Shown here piece by piece: positions 63,761-64,000 of a DNA stretch of 64,000 nucleotides (its first letter is position 1; every line of letters begins with the position of its first letter). The position numbers and the translations under genes were made by a program. Source of the DNA: Amoebidium appalachense (Eukaryota; Protista; Ichthyosporea); the NCBI GenBank assembly GCA_963693365.1, contig CAVNZM010000002.1, positions 3,240,259 to 3,304,258 on the forward strand. Direction: 5' to 3'. A model generated the notes under the pieces. That model worked only from the letters and a program-made list of their open reading frames with translations, was not told where the DNA came from and did not search any database.

Positions 63761-64000
63761 TTGCAGAATTTTAAAGCTCTTCGGAGAATTAGGCCTGGTG
63801 GGAGGGGCTGGGGGAGGAGGGGTTTGGATTGGTTGGTCGGCTAGACGATAGACGAGAACCAAGAATCTGATCAGTGGCACGTAAGCACGTTTGCCATACG
63901 ACGAATAAACACGAAGATGAACTAATATAATAGCCATCTAGAGCGGACTCATTGTATACCCGTGGGGCCCGGGATGCCTCAATCAGGACTCAGACTGTTT

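Overview
Eukaryotic genomic DNA with GT-AG introns, saturated with poly(C)/poly(G) tracts and (CA)n/(GT)n/(CT)n microsatellites. Most ORFs in the supplied track are low-complexity artefacts. A unicellular eukaryote, possibly a holozoan, is an inference only. Manual splicing gives five protein genes: a 5'-incomplete coiled-coil gene (+, 761-6639); an intronless AAAP amino-acid permease (+, 18342-19940); a 5-exon NXT1/NTF2-like export factor (+, 23123-28169); a 16-exon NAGPA (mannose-6-phosphate uncovering enzyme) with an expanded EGF stalk (-, 31451-46563); and an 8-exon secreted protein with one EGF and 18 copies of an 8-Cys module I do not recognise (+, 52607-62167). There is also a SUT/SLC45-type sugar-transporter pseudogene, LINE and hAT remnants, and a 32-35 bp TIR-only micro-MITE. 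Most notable: (1) a ~405-nt, hairpin-rich non-coding element in six copies, all intronic, all in the host sense orientation, sharing one 3' end that runs into poly(C) and variably 5'-truncated; (2) 3' splice sites built directly on (CA)n or poly(C) rather than U-rich tracts; (3) the Cys-repeat gene, whose repeat-region introns all sit at the same phase-0 CAG|GT site that also exists, unspliced, in most other repeats.
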